DNA of 58,725 nt, taken from a bacterium (GTDB taxonomy: Bacteria > JAMCPX01). The position numbers and the translations under genes were made by a program. The stretch spans positions 1 to 58,725 of the forward strand of contig JBBIVV010000014.1 in the NCBI GenBank assembly GCA_037439545.1, given 5' to 3'. The notes under the pieces are model-generated. The model worked only from the letters and a program-made list of their open reading frames with translations. It was not told the origin of the DNA and did not search any database. This document shows positions 37,898-49,282 of this stretch, in pieces. Position 1 is the first letter of the stretch, and each line of letters begins with the position of its first letter.

Positions 37898-38257
37898 ATG
37901 AGAGTAAAAAGAGGAGTAACAGCAAAAAAAAGGCATAAAAAGTATTTAAAGCTTGCCAAAGGATATTGGGGCAGGAAGCACCTGATCTTCAGGACTGCAA
38001 AAGAGGCCGTAGAAAAAGCTCTTAAGTACAGCTATAGAGATAGAAGGGTAAGAAAGAGAGACTTCAGATCTTTGTGGATTGTCAGAATTAATGCAGGAAC
38101 AAGAGAAGCGGGTTTAAGCTATAGCAAATTTATCACCGGATTAAAAAAAGCCAATATCGTGATCGACAGGAAGATTCTTGCAGAACTTGCAATAAATCAG
38201 CCTGAGGACTTCAAGAGACTTATAGATGCGTCAAAAAAGGCATTGGGGATAGCATGA
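37898..38257 (+). CDS. rplT: 50S ribosomal protein L20
   Basis: [41 protein letters not shown]. Confidence 0.97.
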   Translation: MRVKRGVTAKKRHKKYLKLAKGYWGRKHLIFRTAKEAVEKALKYSYRDRRVRKRDFRSLWIVRINAGTREAGLSYSKFITGLKKANIVIDRKILAELAINQPEDFKRLIDASKKALGIA

Positions 38258-38260
38258 GAT

Positions 38261-39301
38261 ATGTCATCCCTGCCGGCCTTAAATGAACTGATCGATAAAC
38301 TAAACTCGCTAAAACACCACACAGAGGAAGAACTATCGAAGGTAAATACGCCTGAATCGCTGGAAATATTCAGGGTAAAGTATCTTGGAAGATCGTCTGG
38401 TGCATTAACATCGCTATTAAAACAGCTGAATGAATTATCACCGGAAGACAAACCTGTCTTCGGTAAAGCGGCGAATATCTTTAAGCAGCAGCTTCAGGAA
38501 TCTTTTGACAATAAGAGTAAAGAGGTCGGGGGCTTGTCTCCTGCATCCGGCACAGGAGCTTCAGAGGACATATCACTGCCGGGAAGGGAAATCCGCCAGG
38601 GACATACCCATCCAATTACCAAGGCACTGACAGAGATTATTTCTATATTTACGACAATGGGTTTCCATGTTGCAGAAGGTCCGGATATAGAAACGGATTA
38701 TTATAACTTTGAGGCTTTAAACATGCCGGAGCATCATCCTGCAAGGGATATGCAGGATACATTTTATCTGCCCGATGGACTTCTTCTCAGGACACAAACC
38801 TCGCCTGTGCAGATAAGGACAATGGAGTCCCAGAAGCCGCCTGTCAGCATCATAGCACCTGGCAGGGTATTCAGAAGAGACTGGGATCTCACCCATACCC
38901 CGATGTTTCATCAGGTAGAAGGATTGCTGGTCGACAGGGGAATAAGCATGACTCACTTAAAAGGCGTTCTGGAAACATTTTTAAAGGTGTTTTTCGGCAC
39001 GGACACAAAGATGAGGTTCAGGCCAAGCTATTTCCCGTTCACGGAACCAAGCACTGAGGTGGATATCGGGTGCATCTTCTGTGGCGGAAACGGATGCAGG
39101 GTGTGCAAGAAAACAGGATGGCTGGAGATACTGGGCGCAGGCATGGTCCATCCGGATGTCCTGAAAAGGGTTAAATATGATACCACTATCTATACAGGTT
39201 TTGCATTCGGCATCGGCATCGAGAGGCTTGCAATGCTGAAGTATAATATCAATGATATCAGGCTGTTTTTTGAAAATGACCTGCGGTTTTTAAGGCAATA
39301 G
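38261..39301 (+). CDS. pheS: Phenylalanine--tRNA ligase alpha subunit
   Basis: HHPARDMQDTFY, LRTQTSPVQ, FHQVEGL, YFPFTEPS, GFAFGIGIERLAM. Confidence 0.98.
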   Translation: MSSLPALNELIDKLNSLKHHTEEELSKVNTPESLEIFRVKYLGRSSGALTSLLKQLNELSPEDKPVFGKAANIFKQQLQESFDNKSKEVGGLSPASGTGASEDISLPGREIRQGHTHPITKALTEIISIFTTMGFHVAEGPDIETDYYNFEALNMPEHHPARDMQDTFYLPDGLLLRTQTSPVQIRTMESQKPPVSIIAPGRVFRRDWDLTHTPMFHQVEGLLVDRGISMTHLKGVLETFLKVFFGTDTKMRFRPSYFPFTEPSTEVDIGCIFCGGNGCRVCKKTGWLEILGAGMVHPDVLKRVKYDTTIYTGFAFGIGIERLAMLKYNINDIRLFFENDLRFLRQ

Positions 39302-39302
39302 C

Positions 39303-41756
39303 ATGCTGTATTCTTACCGGTGGATTCAACAGTTTCTTAATAAAATACCTCCTGTGGGAGACATTGCAAACAGACTGACCATATCCGGGTTGGAGGTAGA
39401 GTCCTTTAAAAGGACTTATACGGATATAAACGGTGTTATCGCGGCAAAGGTCCAGGATATAAAACCGCATCCTACCGATAGTAAACTGTATATTGCCGAT
39501 GTATTCACCGGCACTAAATCATTTACCACCGTAACCGGTGCCCCTGGTGTCACACAGGGCATGGTTGTTGCCTATGCACCGTCGGGGGCTTCAATTGCGG
39601 GCAGCAGAATAATAAAGGATGTGGACATTCAGGGACAGAGATCGACAGGCATGATCCTATCGGAGGATGAGCTTGGCATTCCGGGTTCATTAAGACAAGC
39701 CGTCGTGTTCGACCAGGCAATACCCTGCGGGAGTGACGTAAAAACACTGCTGCTGCTCGATGACTATAGTATAGATATTGCAGTTACACCCAACAGGTCT
39801 GATGTTCTCAGCCATTTCGGATTGGCAAGGGAGATTGCCACATTGTTTCATCTCAAGGTCGTAAATCCGGTGTACGAACTGAAAGAAAAGAAATGCGAGA
39901 AACACCAGGAGCCTTTAAAGGTAAAAATAGAATCAAGCAATGACTGCCGGAGATATACGATCAGGCTTTTATCAGGAATCCGTGTAGAGGCATCGCCTTT
40001 ATGGCTCAGGATAGCACTCGGTAAACTTGAGCAGAAAACTATAAACAATATCGTTGATATAACGAACTATGTAATGTTCGGACTCGGACAGCCCCTGCAT
40101 GCATTTGATAAGGAGCATATAGAAGGCAGTACAATCATGGTGCGCCGCTCCCGGAATGAGGAGCTTGTTACCCTCGATGACCAGAAACGTGTCCTGTCAG
40201 ACCAGACGCTTGTAATCGCCGATGAAAGGGGGCCGGTTGCAATGGCAGGCGTCATGGGAGGCAAGGTGAGCGGTATAACAGACAAGACAAAGAATATCCT
40301 GCTTGAAAGTGCGGTGTTTTCTCCGGCCGTTATTCGCAGGACTGAACGCAGACTCGGCATTCTTACAGAGGCTGATTACAGGTTTGAAAGGGGTGTTGAT
40401 CCGCAGGTTACAAGGATTGCATCCGATTATGCATCATACCTTATTTCACGGATGACGGGTGCTTCCGTATACAGGATGGTTGACAACTTCCATGAAAGAC
40501 AGAAAAAACGCAGCATCGTTGTGTCAATGGATACGCTGAAAACAGTGGTCGGGGTTTCTTTAAATATAAAAAAGGCACAATCAATATTGAGATCCACATA
40601 CTGTAATGTTAAAAGGACACGAACGAATACTCTGTCGGTCGAACCGCCTTCATTCAGACTTGATATGGTTGAGGCCGTCGATCTTGCAGAAGAAATTGCA
40701 AGACTTACAGGTTATGATAAAATACCGTCCTTACTCCCCCTAAGGCAGTCCGCTCATGTTTCATTGCCGTCTGACTATACCTCTACAATGCTTATAAGGA
40801 ATTATCTCGTGTCGATGGGGTTTGACGAGGTAATCAACTACAGTTTTTACAGTGAGAATGATCATTCTGTTGCAGGCGGTGATGCCATCAGGCTTTCAAA
40901 TCCTCTGAATGAACAGACGATGCTTATGCGAACAAGCCTTATTCCGCTGCTCATCAAAAATGCGCAGTACAATCTGTTCAGGCAGGTTGAACATCAGAAG
41001 CTGTTCGAAACAGGAAAGGTCTATCTCGCTAAAAGCCAGCCTGTTGGGAAAGGTCCGCACCAGGATGAAAATACACATGATGGAATTCCCCGCAGAAACG
41101 GGGGTAACTATACTGAACAATTGCACATTGCCGGATTACTGACAGGAATGAGGTATCCGTTCCAATGGTCTTTCCAGCATGAAAAGGTAGACCTGTTCGA
41201 TGCTCTTGGAACAGTAAAAGGAATTTTCGATGTAGTAAGATTGTACGACGGGTTCGGGGTTGAATCAGGTCCCGTCGACTTCCTTGTTCTGCAAAACTCA
41301 GCCGTCATAAAGTATAAGGATACAGCCATAGGCTTTGCAGGGGAGATTTCAAAAAGTGTCTTGAAGAGATATGACATAGGCCAACAGATATTTGTTTTTG
41401 ATATTGCAGCCGAACGGTTAATGGCCGACGCGAGCACCTATACCAGGTACTCCGATGTCCCGAAATACCCCTTTATTTCAAGAGATCTGACTATGGTAAA
41501 ACCGGTATCGCTGAACTCATCGGATATTATGAAGGGAATCCGGTCTCTCGGTATAACGTTACTTGTTGAAGTTTCCCCGTTTGACCTGTATGTTGACAAA
41601 AAAAATATATTTGATAATGTTGTATGGCATAGTATCACGTATAGGTTTATTTTCAGGGCAGAAGACAGGACATTAAAGGACGAAGAAGTAGATCAATGCA
41701 TGAGAATGATAATGGACCATATTAGAAATAATTATAATGTTAAACTGAAGATATAA
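39303..41756 (+). CDS. pheT: Phenylalanine--tRNA ligase beta subunit
   Basis: TPNRSD, INNIVDITNY..GQPLHAFD, AGVMGG, RFERGVD, DLAEEIAR..GYD, RDL, RTLKDEEV. Confidence 0.97.
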   Translation: MLYSYRWIQQFLNKIPPVGDIANRLTISGLEVESFKRTYTDINGVIAAKVQDIKPHPTDSKLYIADVFTGTKSFTTVTGAPGVTQGMVVAYAPSGASIAGSRIIKDVDIQGQRSTGMILSEDELGIPGSLRQAVVFDQAIPCGSDVKTLLLLDDYSIDIAVTPNRSDVLSHFGLAREIATLFHLKVVNPVYELKEKKCEKHQEPLKVKIESSNDCRRYTIRLLSGIRVEASPLWLRIALGKLEQKTINNIVDITNYVMFGLGQPLHAFDKEHIEGSTIMVRRSRNEELVTLDDQKRVLSDQTLVIADERGPVAMAGVMGGKVSGITDKTKNILLESAVFSPAVIRRTERRLGILTEADYRFERGVDPQVTRIASDYASYLISRMTGASVYRMVDNFHERQKKRSIVVSMDTLKTVVGVSLNIKKAQSILRSTYCNVKRTRTNTLSVEPPSFRLDMVEAVDLAEEIARLTGYDKIPSLLPLRQSAHVSLPSDYTSTMLIRNYLVSMGFDEVINYSFYSENDHSVAGGDAIRLSNPLNEQTMLMRTSLIPLLIKNAQYNLFRQVEHQKLFETGKVYLAKSQPVGKGPHQDENTHDGIPRRNGGNYTEQLHIAGLLTGMRYPFQWSFQHEKVDLFDALGTVKGIFDVVRLYDGFGVESGPVDFLVLQNSAVIKYKDTAIGFAGEISKSVLKRYDIGQQIFVFDIAAERLMADASTYTRYSDVPKYPFISRDLTMVKPVSLNSSDIMKGIRSLGITLLVEVSPFDLYVDKKNIFDNVVWHSITYRFIFRAEDRTLKDEEVDQCMRMIMDHIRNNYNVKLKI

Positions 41757-41768
41757 AGGGGGTTGGCT

Positions 41769-42086
41769 ATGTCGGTGACAAAGGCTGAACTTGTAGAACT
41801 AATTTATAGAAACATTGGATTTTCCAAAAAAGATGCAACAGATATGGTAGATGCTTTTTTTGATCTTATAAAATCAGGCATCATCAACGGGGAAAAGGTC
41901 AAAATAAAAGGTATCGGCACGTTTTACTCCAGAGCAAAGAAAGAGAGGCTCGGCAGAAACCCTCAGACAAGCAAACCCCTGATGATATCTGCAAGAAGGG
42001 TAATTGTTTACCGGGCAGGGACTTCTCTTAAAAAGTTGCTGAAGGAAAACAAAACAGATGCATCATCAAAAGATGATGGAGCATGA
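41769..42086 (+). CDS. ihfA: Integration host factor subunit alpha
   Basis: TKAEL, GEKVKI.GIGTF, RLGRNPQT, ISARRV; follows pheT. Confidence 0.88.
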   Translation: MSVTKAELVELIYRNIGFSKKDATDMVDAFFDLIKSGIINGEKVKIKGIGTFYSRAKKERLGRNPQTSKPLMISARRVIVYRAGTSLKKLLKENKTDASSKDDGA

Positions 42087-42420
42087 TCCTCAAAATAAAG
42101 ATTACTTCAAGATCGGTGAAGTAAGCAGAATTACGGGGGTAAAGGAATATATTATACGGTATTGGGTTTCTGAGCTTCCGTCACTAAAGCCGACCGTTAC
42201 ACCGACAGGTTACAGGCTGTTCAGAAAAAGTGATCTCGAAACCATTCTGCTCCTTAAGAAGCTTATTTATGGTGACGGGTTGACACTGGCAGGTGCAAAG
42301 AAAAAACTGCATGAAAAAAGTCCTGCTCCTGAAGAGCAGAAAGAGAAACAATTGAGGATTTTTTTTGATAGGGCAAAACAGCAGTTGTTAGATCTCAGGA
42401 AGATGTTAGGTGGAACTTAA
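42073..42420 (+). CDS. MerR-family HTH regulator
   Basis: YFKIGEVSRITGVKEYIIRYW, GYRLF, LIYGDGLTLAGAKK; usual position after ihfA; exact start uncertain (42058-42076). Confidence 0.88.
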   Translation: MMEHDPQNKDYFKIGEVSRITGVKEYIIRYWVSELPSLKPTVTPTGYRLFRKSDLETILLLKKLIYGDGLTLAGAKKKLHEKSPAPEEQKEKQLRIFFDRAKQQLLDLRKMLGGT

Positions 42421-42426
42421 TTGAAT

Positions 42427-42501
42427 CGGGGCGTGGCGCAGTTTGGCTAGCGCACTCGCTTGGGGTGCGAGAGGTCGCCCGTTCGAATCGGGTCGCCCCG
42501 A
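42427..42501 (+). tRNA. tRNA-Pro(GGG), CCA not encoded
   Basis: CGGGGCG/CGCCCCG acceptor, CTCGC-TTGGGGT-GCGAG anticodon arm, TTCGAAT T-loop. Confidence 0.96.
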
Positions 42502-42515
42502 TATTGGATTCTTTA

Positions 42516-43265
42516 ATGACAATTAATATTCTTGTAACGAATGATGATGGTGTATATTCACACGGCATAAAAGCACTTGCAGACGAGATGAGTAAGCTCG
42601 GTAATGTTTCCGTTGTGGCTCCTGCAAGTGAGAAGAGCGCAACGAGTCATTCTCTCACACTCCATAGGCCGCTCAGGGCGAAAAAGATAGGGAAAGGGCA
42701 GATCTATGCTGTCAATGGTACGCCGACGGACTGTGTCCATCTTGCACTGAACGGTTTGCTGAAGGTCAAGCAGCAGATTGTCGTGTCCGGCATAAATGTA
42801 GGGCCAAATCTTGCGGATGACATAACATATTCGGGTACTGTTGCGGCTGCTATTGAAGCAACATTACAGGGCATACCGGCTATTGCCGTTTCGGTTACGG
42901 GAAAGAATAAAGTTTATTTCAAGGCAGCGAGAGAGATTGTCTTTAAACTTGCGAAGAGAATAATAAAACAGCCTTTGCCACCGAATGTCCTTTTGAATGT
43001 AAATGTCCCGAATATGACCGGGGACAGGATCAAAGGCTGCAGATTTACGAGACAGGGTAAACGGCGGTATGGTGAATCGGTCATTGAAAAACTGGACCCA
43101 AGGGGTGAGAAATACTACTGGATAGGCGGGTATGTAATGAACGACACGCCTATAGAAAACTCCGATATTCAGGCAGTAAATGAAGGATACATTTCTATTA
43201 CCCCCCTCCAGCTCGATTTTACTGCGTATACGTTCCTGAAGAAAATGTCCGGCTGGAGACTTTAA
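42516..43265 (+). CDS. surE: 5'/3'-nucleotidase SurE
   Basis: ILVTNDDG, GTPTDCV, SGINVGPN, YSGTVAAA.EA; start moved to ATG 42516 because the longer ORF overlaps tRNA-Pro. Confidence 0.95.
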   Translation: MTINILVTNDDGVYSHGIKALADEMSKLGNVSVVAPASEKSATSHSLTLHRPLRAKKIGKGQIYAVNGTPTDCVHLALNGLLKVKQQIVVSGINVGPNLADDITYSGTVAAAIEATLQGIPAIAVSVTGKNKVYFKAAREIVFKLAKRIIKQPLPPNVLLNVNVPNMTGDRIKGCRFTRQGKRRYGESVIEKLDPRGEKYYWIGGYVMNDTPIENSDIQAVNEGYISITPLQLDFTAYTFLKKMSGWRL

Positions 43266-43928
43266 TTGATAGAAAAAAAGAACATCGATGCGCTGGCCAT
43301 ACACAGGGGAAAAATGGTACAGGATCAGTTGTTAGCCAGGGGCATAACGTCAATCGGCGTTCTTGACGCATTCAGAAAGATTCCAAGGCACCTTTTTATA
43401 GAGGATGGGCTTATCTACCAGGCTTACAGTGATTATCCCCTGCCGATAGCTGAGGGACAGACCATATCGCAGCCTTACATTGTTGCGCTTATGACGCAGA
43501 ACCTCGATGCCCGTCCCGATGATACAATTCTTGAGATAGGCACGGGGTCAGGGTATCAGACGGCAATACTTGCCGAACTGTACAACAAAGTATACTCTAT
43601 AGAGCGTTTTGGTACTATTGCATCCAAAGCAAGGAAACTGCTCGATGGGCTTGGTTATCATAATGTAATGATCATGATTGGCGATGGAACAAAAGGTTAT
43701 GCAGAAAGAGCGCCGTATGACGGTATTATTGTTACTGCTGCTGCCCCGTCTGTCCCGGGACCGCTCATGGATCAGTTAAAAAATAATGGAAGGCTTATCA
43801 TCCCGATTGGCGACGAACAGGTGCAATCGCTGATGAAGATAACGAAACAGGGAAAAGCGTTTAAAGAAGAATCACTCGGCGGATGCAGGTTTGTAAAATT
43901 AGTAGGAGAGTATGGCTGGAAAAAATAA
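43266..43928 (+). CDS. pcm: Protein-L-isoaspartate O-methyltransferase
   Basis: PRHLF, GQTISQPYIVA, LEIGTGSGYQTA, APYDGIIVTAA. Confidence 0.96.
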   Translation: MIEKKNIDALAIHRGKMVQDQLLARGITSIGVLDAFRKIPRHLFIEDGLIYQAYSDYPLPIAEGQTISQPYIVALMTQNLDARPDDTILEIGTGSGYQTAILAELYNKVYSIERFGTIASKARKLLDGLGYHNVMIMIGDGTKGYAERAPYDGIIVTAAAPSVPGPLMDQLKNNGRLIIPIGDEQVQSLMKITKQGKAFKEESLGGCRFVKLVGEYGWKK

Positions 43929-44670
43929 AAAATACCTTAAACAATCCGGATTATTGAAACTGTTTCTATCCGTATCAGTGGTTTTAATCACTGCCTGCGG
44001 CATTCCTTATGGCGTGTATCACACTGTTGAGAGAGGACAGACGCTTTTTAACATTGCAAAGGTTTACCATGTCTCTGTTGACGATATCAAGAGGGCGAAT
44101 GACCTTAAAGATACGGTAGAATTGAAACCCGGAGAAAAACTGTTTATACCAGGTGCAGAAAAGACCATGTATGTCCCGCCCACAGTTGAAACGGCAAACA
44201 GACAGGCCGTCCATAAACCTGTTAACACAGGGCGGCCCCATGAACAGACTTCAAAAGATTATTACACACCGCAGAACGGCTCTTATAGCACGGCCTCTCA
44301 ACGCTTTATCTGGCCATTGCAGGGGAAGCTTTTGCAGGTATTCAGTACATCAAACGGGTCGAGACATGATGGTATAGATATAAAGGCGCCGGAGGGAACG
44401 CCCATTAAAGCGGCCGCTTCCGGAACAGTACTCTACAGCGACGATACAATAAAAGGGTATGGCAACATGATCATAATCAAGCACAAAGGTGGTTTCGTAT
44501 CGGTTTATGCGCACAACAGCATAAACATTGTAAAAAAGGGGCAAAGCGTACAACAGGGACAGATTATTGCAAAAGCGGGGCATACCGGTTATGCAACGAC
44601 ATCACACCTTCATTTTGAAATAAGGGTTCACGCAATTCCTAAAAATCCTTTACTCTATCTTCCTCACTGA
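43912..44670 (+). CDS. nlpD: LysM + M23 peptidase lipoprotein (NlpD-like)
   Basis: Lipobox-like ITAC, LysM HTVERGQTLFNIA, M23 HDGIDI, YAHN, HLHFEIR; follows surE-pcm. Confidence 0.85.
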   Translation: MAGKNKKYLKQSGLLKLFLSVSVVLITACGIPYGVYHTVERGQTLFNIAKVYHVSVDDIKRANDLKDTVELKPGEKLFIPGAEKTMYVPPTVETANRQAVHKPVNTGRPHEQTSKDYYTPQNGSYSTASQRFIWPLQGKLLQVFSTSNGSRHDGIDIKAPEGTPIKAAASGTVLYSDDTIKGYGNMIIIKHKGGFVSVYAHNSINIVKKGQSVQQGQIIAKAGHTGYATTSHLHFEIRVHAIPKNPLLYLPH

Positions 44671-44809
44671 TCTGCAAAACGTCACAGTTTAAGGTGTTTA
44701 TTCTCCTTATGAAGAAAGGACCAATCCTTTCAAGGTGTATTTTTTGGGTGAGGAGAAGAAAATACTTGAAAATCTAAATACTTTATGTTCTTATAGAAGG
44801 AAGGTGTTT

Positions 44810-44840
44810 AAAAGGTGGGTATTAACCCACTTTTTTATTT
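44810..44840 (+). promoter_or_regulatory. rimP-leader hairpin (terminator/attenuator-like)
   Basis: AAAGGTGGGT-ATTA-ACCCACTTTTTT hairpin with U-tract about 45 nt before the rimP ATG; resembles the GUGGG..CCCAC leader known upstream of rimP-nusA-infB. Confidence 0.7.
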
Positions 44841-44882
44841 GCAATACCATAAGAAATAGCATGGGAAACAGGAAGATAAATT

Positions 44883-45341
44883 ATGGACAAGCATAAGAGT
44901 ATAGCTGAAAAAGTTTATGATATCGCATACGATAACCTGCTCAGGGCAGGTTACGAGGTAATAGATGTGGAGTATCAAAAAGAAAAGTCAGGAAATGTGT
45001 TGAGAGTATTTATTGATAAGAAAGGAAGAATCAATGCTGAGGATTGTGAGAAGGTAACCAATATGCTGAGCAGTGTCATAGAGGTAAATATGCTCATACA
45101 TTTTCCTTACACGCTTGAAGTTTCTTCACCAGGGCTTACAAGGGAATTGAAGAGAAAAGATGAATTCAAAAGGTTTATAGGAAGGGACATCAGGATAATA
45201 ACAAGGCAGCCGGTATTCAACAGGGTCGTTTTGGAGGGAACCCTGAGAGGCATGAAGGAAGAGGATGTTTTGATCGATGATAATGGCACCGAGATCTTGA
45301 TACCGTATAATATCATCAAAAGGGCAAATTTAACATTTTAA
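44883..45341 (+). CDS. rimP: Ribosome maturation factor RimP
   Basis: LRVFIDK, EDCEKV, YTLEVSSPGLTR. Confidence 0.95.
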   Translation: MDKHKSIAEKVYDIAYDNLLRAGYEVIDVEYQKEKSGNVLRVFIDKKGRINAEDCEKVTNMLSSVIEVNMLIHFPYTLEVSSPGLTRELKRKDEFKRFIGRDIRIITRQPVFNRVVLEGTLRGMKEEDVLIDDNGTEILIPYNIIKRANLTF

Positions 45342-45364
45342 ATAGAGGTAAAATATAGGAGGGC

Positions 45365-46657
45365 ATGATGTTTTCAGAACTTTCAAAAATCATAGAGCAG
45401 CTTGAACGTGATAAGAGCATAGATAAAGTTATAATACTGAATGCCATAGAGGCTGCCATGATAAGTGCAGCCAAGAAATCAATGAAATATAACGCAGATA
45501 TAGAGGCAAAGTTTAATGAACAGCTCGGTGAGATTGAGGTTTTTGAATTTAAAGAAGTGGTTGAGACCAGGACGGACAACGATGTCCAGTTGACCCTTGA
45601 AGAAGCAAAAGCGATGGACCCCGAGGCCCAGATTGGCGACAGTATTGGTATCAAGATCAATACGCAGAAATTCGGCAGGATCTCTGCGCAGGCGGCAAAA
45701 CAGGTAATACTGCAGAGGATCAATGATGCGGAAAAGGAAGTCGTATATAAGGAGTTCAAGACAAGGAGAGGAGAGGTCGTATACGGCGTTATAAGACGGT
45801 TTGAGGGCAGGACAATCATAATGGATCTCGGAAAGACAGAAGGCGTTCTGCCTCCGACAGAGCAGTTATCAAAGGAGAATTTCAGGATAGGTGACAAGGT
45901 CAGGGTGTATGTTCAGGAAATACGAATGACCAATAAAGGTCCAAAGATCATACTATCGAGAACGAACAACGAGTTCCTTGTCAAACTATTCACGACCGAG
46001 GTGCCTGAGATTGCCGAAGGCATCGTTGAGATAAAGGCTGTATCGAGAGAACCGGGTAATAAGTCGAAAATAGCCGTTTTTTCTAAGGACAAGGACATAG
46101 ATGCGGTTGGAGCATGCGTTGGCATGCGGGGCGCAAGGGTCCAGAATATTGTGCAGGAATTGAGCGGTGAAAAAATAGATATTATCGCATGGTCACCGGA
46201 TCATGCAAAGTATATCGTCGCTGCCCTTGCTCCGGCAAAAATAACGGAGGTCTCCGTAGATGAGGCGGAAAAATACATAGAGGTGATTGTCCCGGATGAT
46301 CAGTTGTCCCTTGCGATAGGAAGGAAGGGCATAAATGTGAGGCTGGCTGCCCAGTTATCAGGCTGGAAGATAGATATCAAGAGTGAAACAAATATGAAGG
46401 AAATCAAAGAAAAGTCTAAGGAAGTATTCGCAAATTTCAGTGTGATAACCGTTAAAACTGCTGAATTGCTTTATGGATACGGTATTAAGTCAATAAAAGA
46501 ACTTGCCGATTCTCCGTTGGATGTATTATTGAAAATACCGGGATTTGATGAAAAAAATGCAAGACAGATTAAGGATTCAGCCGTCGAAGAACTCAAGAAG
46601 AGAACGGCAAATGGACAAGCAGAGGACAAGCCTGCGGTTGTAGGTCAGAATAATTAA
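45365..46657 (+). CDS. nusA: Transcription termination/antitermination factor NusA
   Basis: [12 protein letters not shown]1 and KH domains, [37 protein letters not shown]. Confidence 0.98.
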   Translation: MMFSELSKIIEQLERDKSIDKVIILNAIEAAMISAAKKSMKYNADIEAKFNEQLGEIEVFEFKEVVETRTDNDVQLTLEEAKAMDPEAQIGDSIGIKINTQKFGRISAQAAKQVILQRINDAEKEVVYKEFKTRRGEVVYGVIRRFEGRTIIMDLGKTEGVLPPTEQLSKENFRIGDKVRVYVQEIRMTNKGPKIILSRTNNEFLVKLFTTEVPEIAEGIVEIKAVSREPGNKSKIAVFSKDKDIDAVGACVGMRGARVQNIVQELSGEKIDIIAWSPDHAKYIVAALAPAKITEVSVDEAEKYIEVIVPDDQLSLAIGRKGINVRLAAQLSGWKIDIKSETNMKEIKEKSKEVFANFSVITVKTAELLYGYGIKSIKELADSPLDVLLKIPGFDEKNARQIKDSAVEELKKRTANGQAEDKPAVVGQNN

Positions 46658-46669
46658 AGTAGAGGTAAG

Positions 46670-49279
46670 ATGAAAAAAAGGGTACATGAAATAGCAAAAG
46701 AGCTTGATCTGACGTATAAGGACATTATAAAAAAGTTCGACGATATCGGTATAACGGTAAAAAGCCATAACAGCGTAGTTGAAGATAAGGATGTTGAAGC
46801 ACTGAAACTGTTTCTTACAAAAGAAAAAGCTAAAACAGAAGTAAAGCCAAAGACAATCTTAAGAAAAAAGAAAGAGCCTGAGGTGCCGGTACAACCGCAG
46901 CAAGTAACCATGGTCCCGGAGCAGGCAGAGACGAAGCCGGGGACGAAAGCGACGGAGCCTTCCGCAAAAGAACAGAGAGAACAAAACAAGGCGGGAATAG
47001 ATGAAAGGGTCACTCAACCGCATCACGTGGAGGAGAAAACCAGCACTCAAGAGCATTTGAAACAGCATGACGTTACAGAAGCGGCAAGAGAAGATAAGAC
47101 AGCAGGAGCAAAAATAACCCGTGAACAGTCTACTGTACAGGCTCAGACGGAGCCATCCCCGGTATCTAAACGTATAGAGCATGAAGAAGTAATAACACAG
47201 CCGGCTCAGATAAAACCAGAGCAAGCACCGCAAGACACAGCTGGCATTAAGAAGCCGGCAAAGCAGCCGCTTGAGACCGCAGAACCGGACATAAAGGGCA
47301 AGCAAAAGATAAAATCAGAGAAAGGCGGGGCCTTTATAAAGAAAAAGATTTTATCGAAGATAAAAACGGATATTTCGGAAGAGATTGACCTCCTCGAAGA
47401 GAATAAAGAGGATGAAACCATTCTTCAAAATGTCGTTACGTATCCTAAGAAGGTTTACAATCAGCATAAACAGCAGAGACATGATAAACAAGCAGGCTCA
47501 ATTATAAAATCTGTCGCTCCAAAACAGAAAAAAACCGTAAAGATAGAAGAGAAGATGACCGTCTCAGCCCTGTCTCAGGTTATGGGTGTAAAAGCATCAG
47601 AGATTATCAAAAGACTTATAACGCTCGGCGTCATGGCGGGGATCAACGATACGATAGACGCAGAAACTGCATCGCTTATAGTAAAGGATATTGGTTTTGA
47701 AGTAAGTATAAAGCAGGAACAGTCCCCGGAAGTTGCGCTTCAGGGGGAAATAGACCCGCCTGAAAAGCTTAAGTTAAGACCGCCTGTGGTAACTGTTATG
47801 GGGCATGTTGATCACGGTAAAACGACCCTTCTTGACGCAATAAGGACATCAAAGGTAGCTGAGGGTGAGGCAGGTGGTATAACCCAGCATATCGGTGCAT
47901 ACAAGGTTACTATTGATAATAAATTAGTGGTGTTTCTCGATACGCCGGGCCATGAGGCTTTCACCGCGATGCGTGCGCGGGGTGCAAAGGTAACGGATAT
48001 CGTTATTCTTGTCGTTGCAGCGGATGATGGGGTTATGCCCCAGACAATTGAAGCAATAGATCATGCTAAAGCAGCCGGTGTGCCGATACTTGTGGCAATA
48101 AATAAAATCGATAAACCGGAGGCGCAGCCGCAGAAGGTCATGCAGCAACTGTCCGACTATGGACTCATACCCGAACAATGGGGGGGGAGCACGCTCTTTG
48201 CAATGATCTCCGCCAAGAAAAGAACCGGGATCAATGAACTGCTTGAGCTTATTCTTTTGCAGTCTGAGATGATGGAGATCAAGGCGAATCCTGATAAAAA
48301 AGCAAAAGCGACCATCATAGAAACGCGTATGGATAAGGGCTTTGGAGTCATAGCTACGGGAATAGTTAAAGAAGGAACAATGAGGAAGGGCGATTTCATC
48401 GTATACGGCTCAAATTATAACAAGGTAAAAACCTTACTTGATGATCAAGGTAATGTCATACAGTTTGCCGGTCCTTCGACGCCTGTGGAAATAATAGGCT
48501 TTGAATCGCTCCCGGAAGTCGGAGATATTGCCCTTGTTGCCGAGGATGAGGAAACAGCAAGAAAGATCGTCGAACACAGGATCAACCAGCTGCAGAACAC
48601 GCAGTCTGTAAAGAAGGCAAAGATATCACTCGAGGACATCTACAAAAAGATAGAAGAGGGCAGTATTAAGGAATTACCCGTTCTTCTCAAATGCGATGTT
48701 ATGGGGTCGCTCGGCGCCATTAAAGATGCCATAGGCGGGCTATCGCATGAAACGGTAAAGGTCAAGATTATCCATGCAGGCATAGGCGGCATAACGGAGA
48801 GCGATGTTATGCTTGCAGCGGCATCGGATGGCATAATAATCGGGTTTAATGTCAGGCCTGATGTGAAAGCCGTGCAGATTGCAGGCACGCAGAATATACA
48901 AATAAAGACCTATACTATTATTTATGATCTGATTGAAGATTTAAAGAAAGCACAGAAAGGATTATTGAAACCTGTCTTAAAAGAGAAAATTATCGGCAGG
49001 GCAAAGGTGTTGGAGATCTTCAAGATCAGCAAGGTGGGCGTAATAGCAGGTTCCATGGTTATCGATGGAAAAGCAGAAAGGGGAGCTCTTGTAAGGGTCA
49101 TAAGAGAAGGGATTGTCGTTTACGAAAGCAGGATCAACTCCCTGAAGAGGTTCAAGGAAGATGCCAAAGACGTCGATAAAGGCTTTGAATGCGGCATTGG
49201 CATCGAGAAGTTTAATGATATAAAGAAAAACGATGAGCTTGAAGTTTACAGAATGGAAAAGGAAAGTATTGCAGACTGA
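46670..49279 (+). CDS. infB: Translation initiation factor IF-2
   Basis: [42 protein letters not shown]. Confidence 0.98.
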   Translation: MKKRVHEIAKELDLTYKDIIKKFDDIGITVKSHNSVVEDKDVEALKLFLTKEKAKTEVKPKTILRKKKEPEVPVQPQQVTMVPEQAETKPGTKATEPSAKEQREQNKAGIDERVTQPHHVEEKTSTQEHLKQHDVTEAAREDKTAGAKITREQSTVQAQTEPSPVSKRIEHEEVITQPAQIKPEQAPQDTAGIKKPAKQPLETAEPDIKGKQKIKSEKGGAFIKKKILSKIKTDISEEIDLLEENKEDETILQNVVTYPKKVYNQHKQQRHDKQAGSIIKSVAPKQKKTVKIEEKMTVSALSQVMGVKASEIIKRLITLGVMAGINDTIDAETASLIVKDIGFEVSIKQEQSPEVALQGEIDPPEKLKLRPPVVTVMGHVDHGKTTLLDAIRTSKVAEGEAGGITQHIGAYKVTIDNKLVVFLDTPGHEAFTAMRARGAKVTDIVILVVAADDGVMPQTIEAIDHAKAAGVPILVAINKIDKPEAQPQKVMQQLSDYGLIPEQWGGSTLFAMISAKKRTGINELLELILLQSEMMEIKANPDKKAKATIIETRMDKGFGVIATGIVKEGTMRKGDFIVYGSNYNKVKTLLDDQGNVIQFAGPSTPVEIIGFESLPEVGDIALVAEDEETARKIVEHRINQLQNTQSVKKAKISLEDIYKKIEEGSIKELPVLLKCDVMGSLGAIKDAIGGLSHETVKVKIIHAGIGGITESDVMLAAASDGIIIGFNVRPDVKAVQIAGTQNIQIKTYTIIYDLIEDLKKAQKGLLKPVLKEKIIGRAKVLEIFKISKVGVIAGSMVIDGKAERGALVRVIREGIVVYESRINSLKRFKEDAKDVDKGFECGIGIEKFNDIKKNDELEVYRMEKESIAD

Positions 49280-49282
49280 ACC

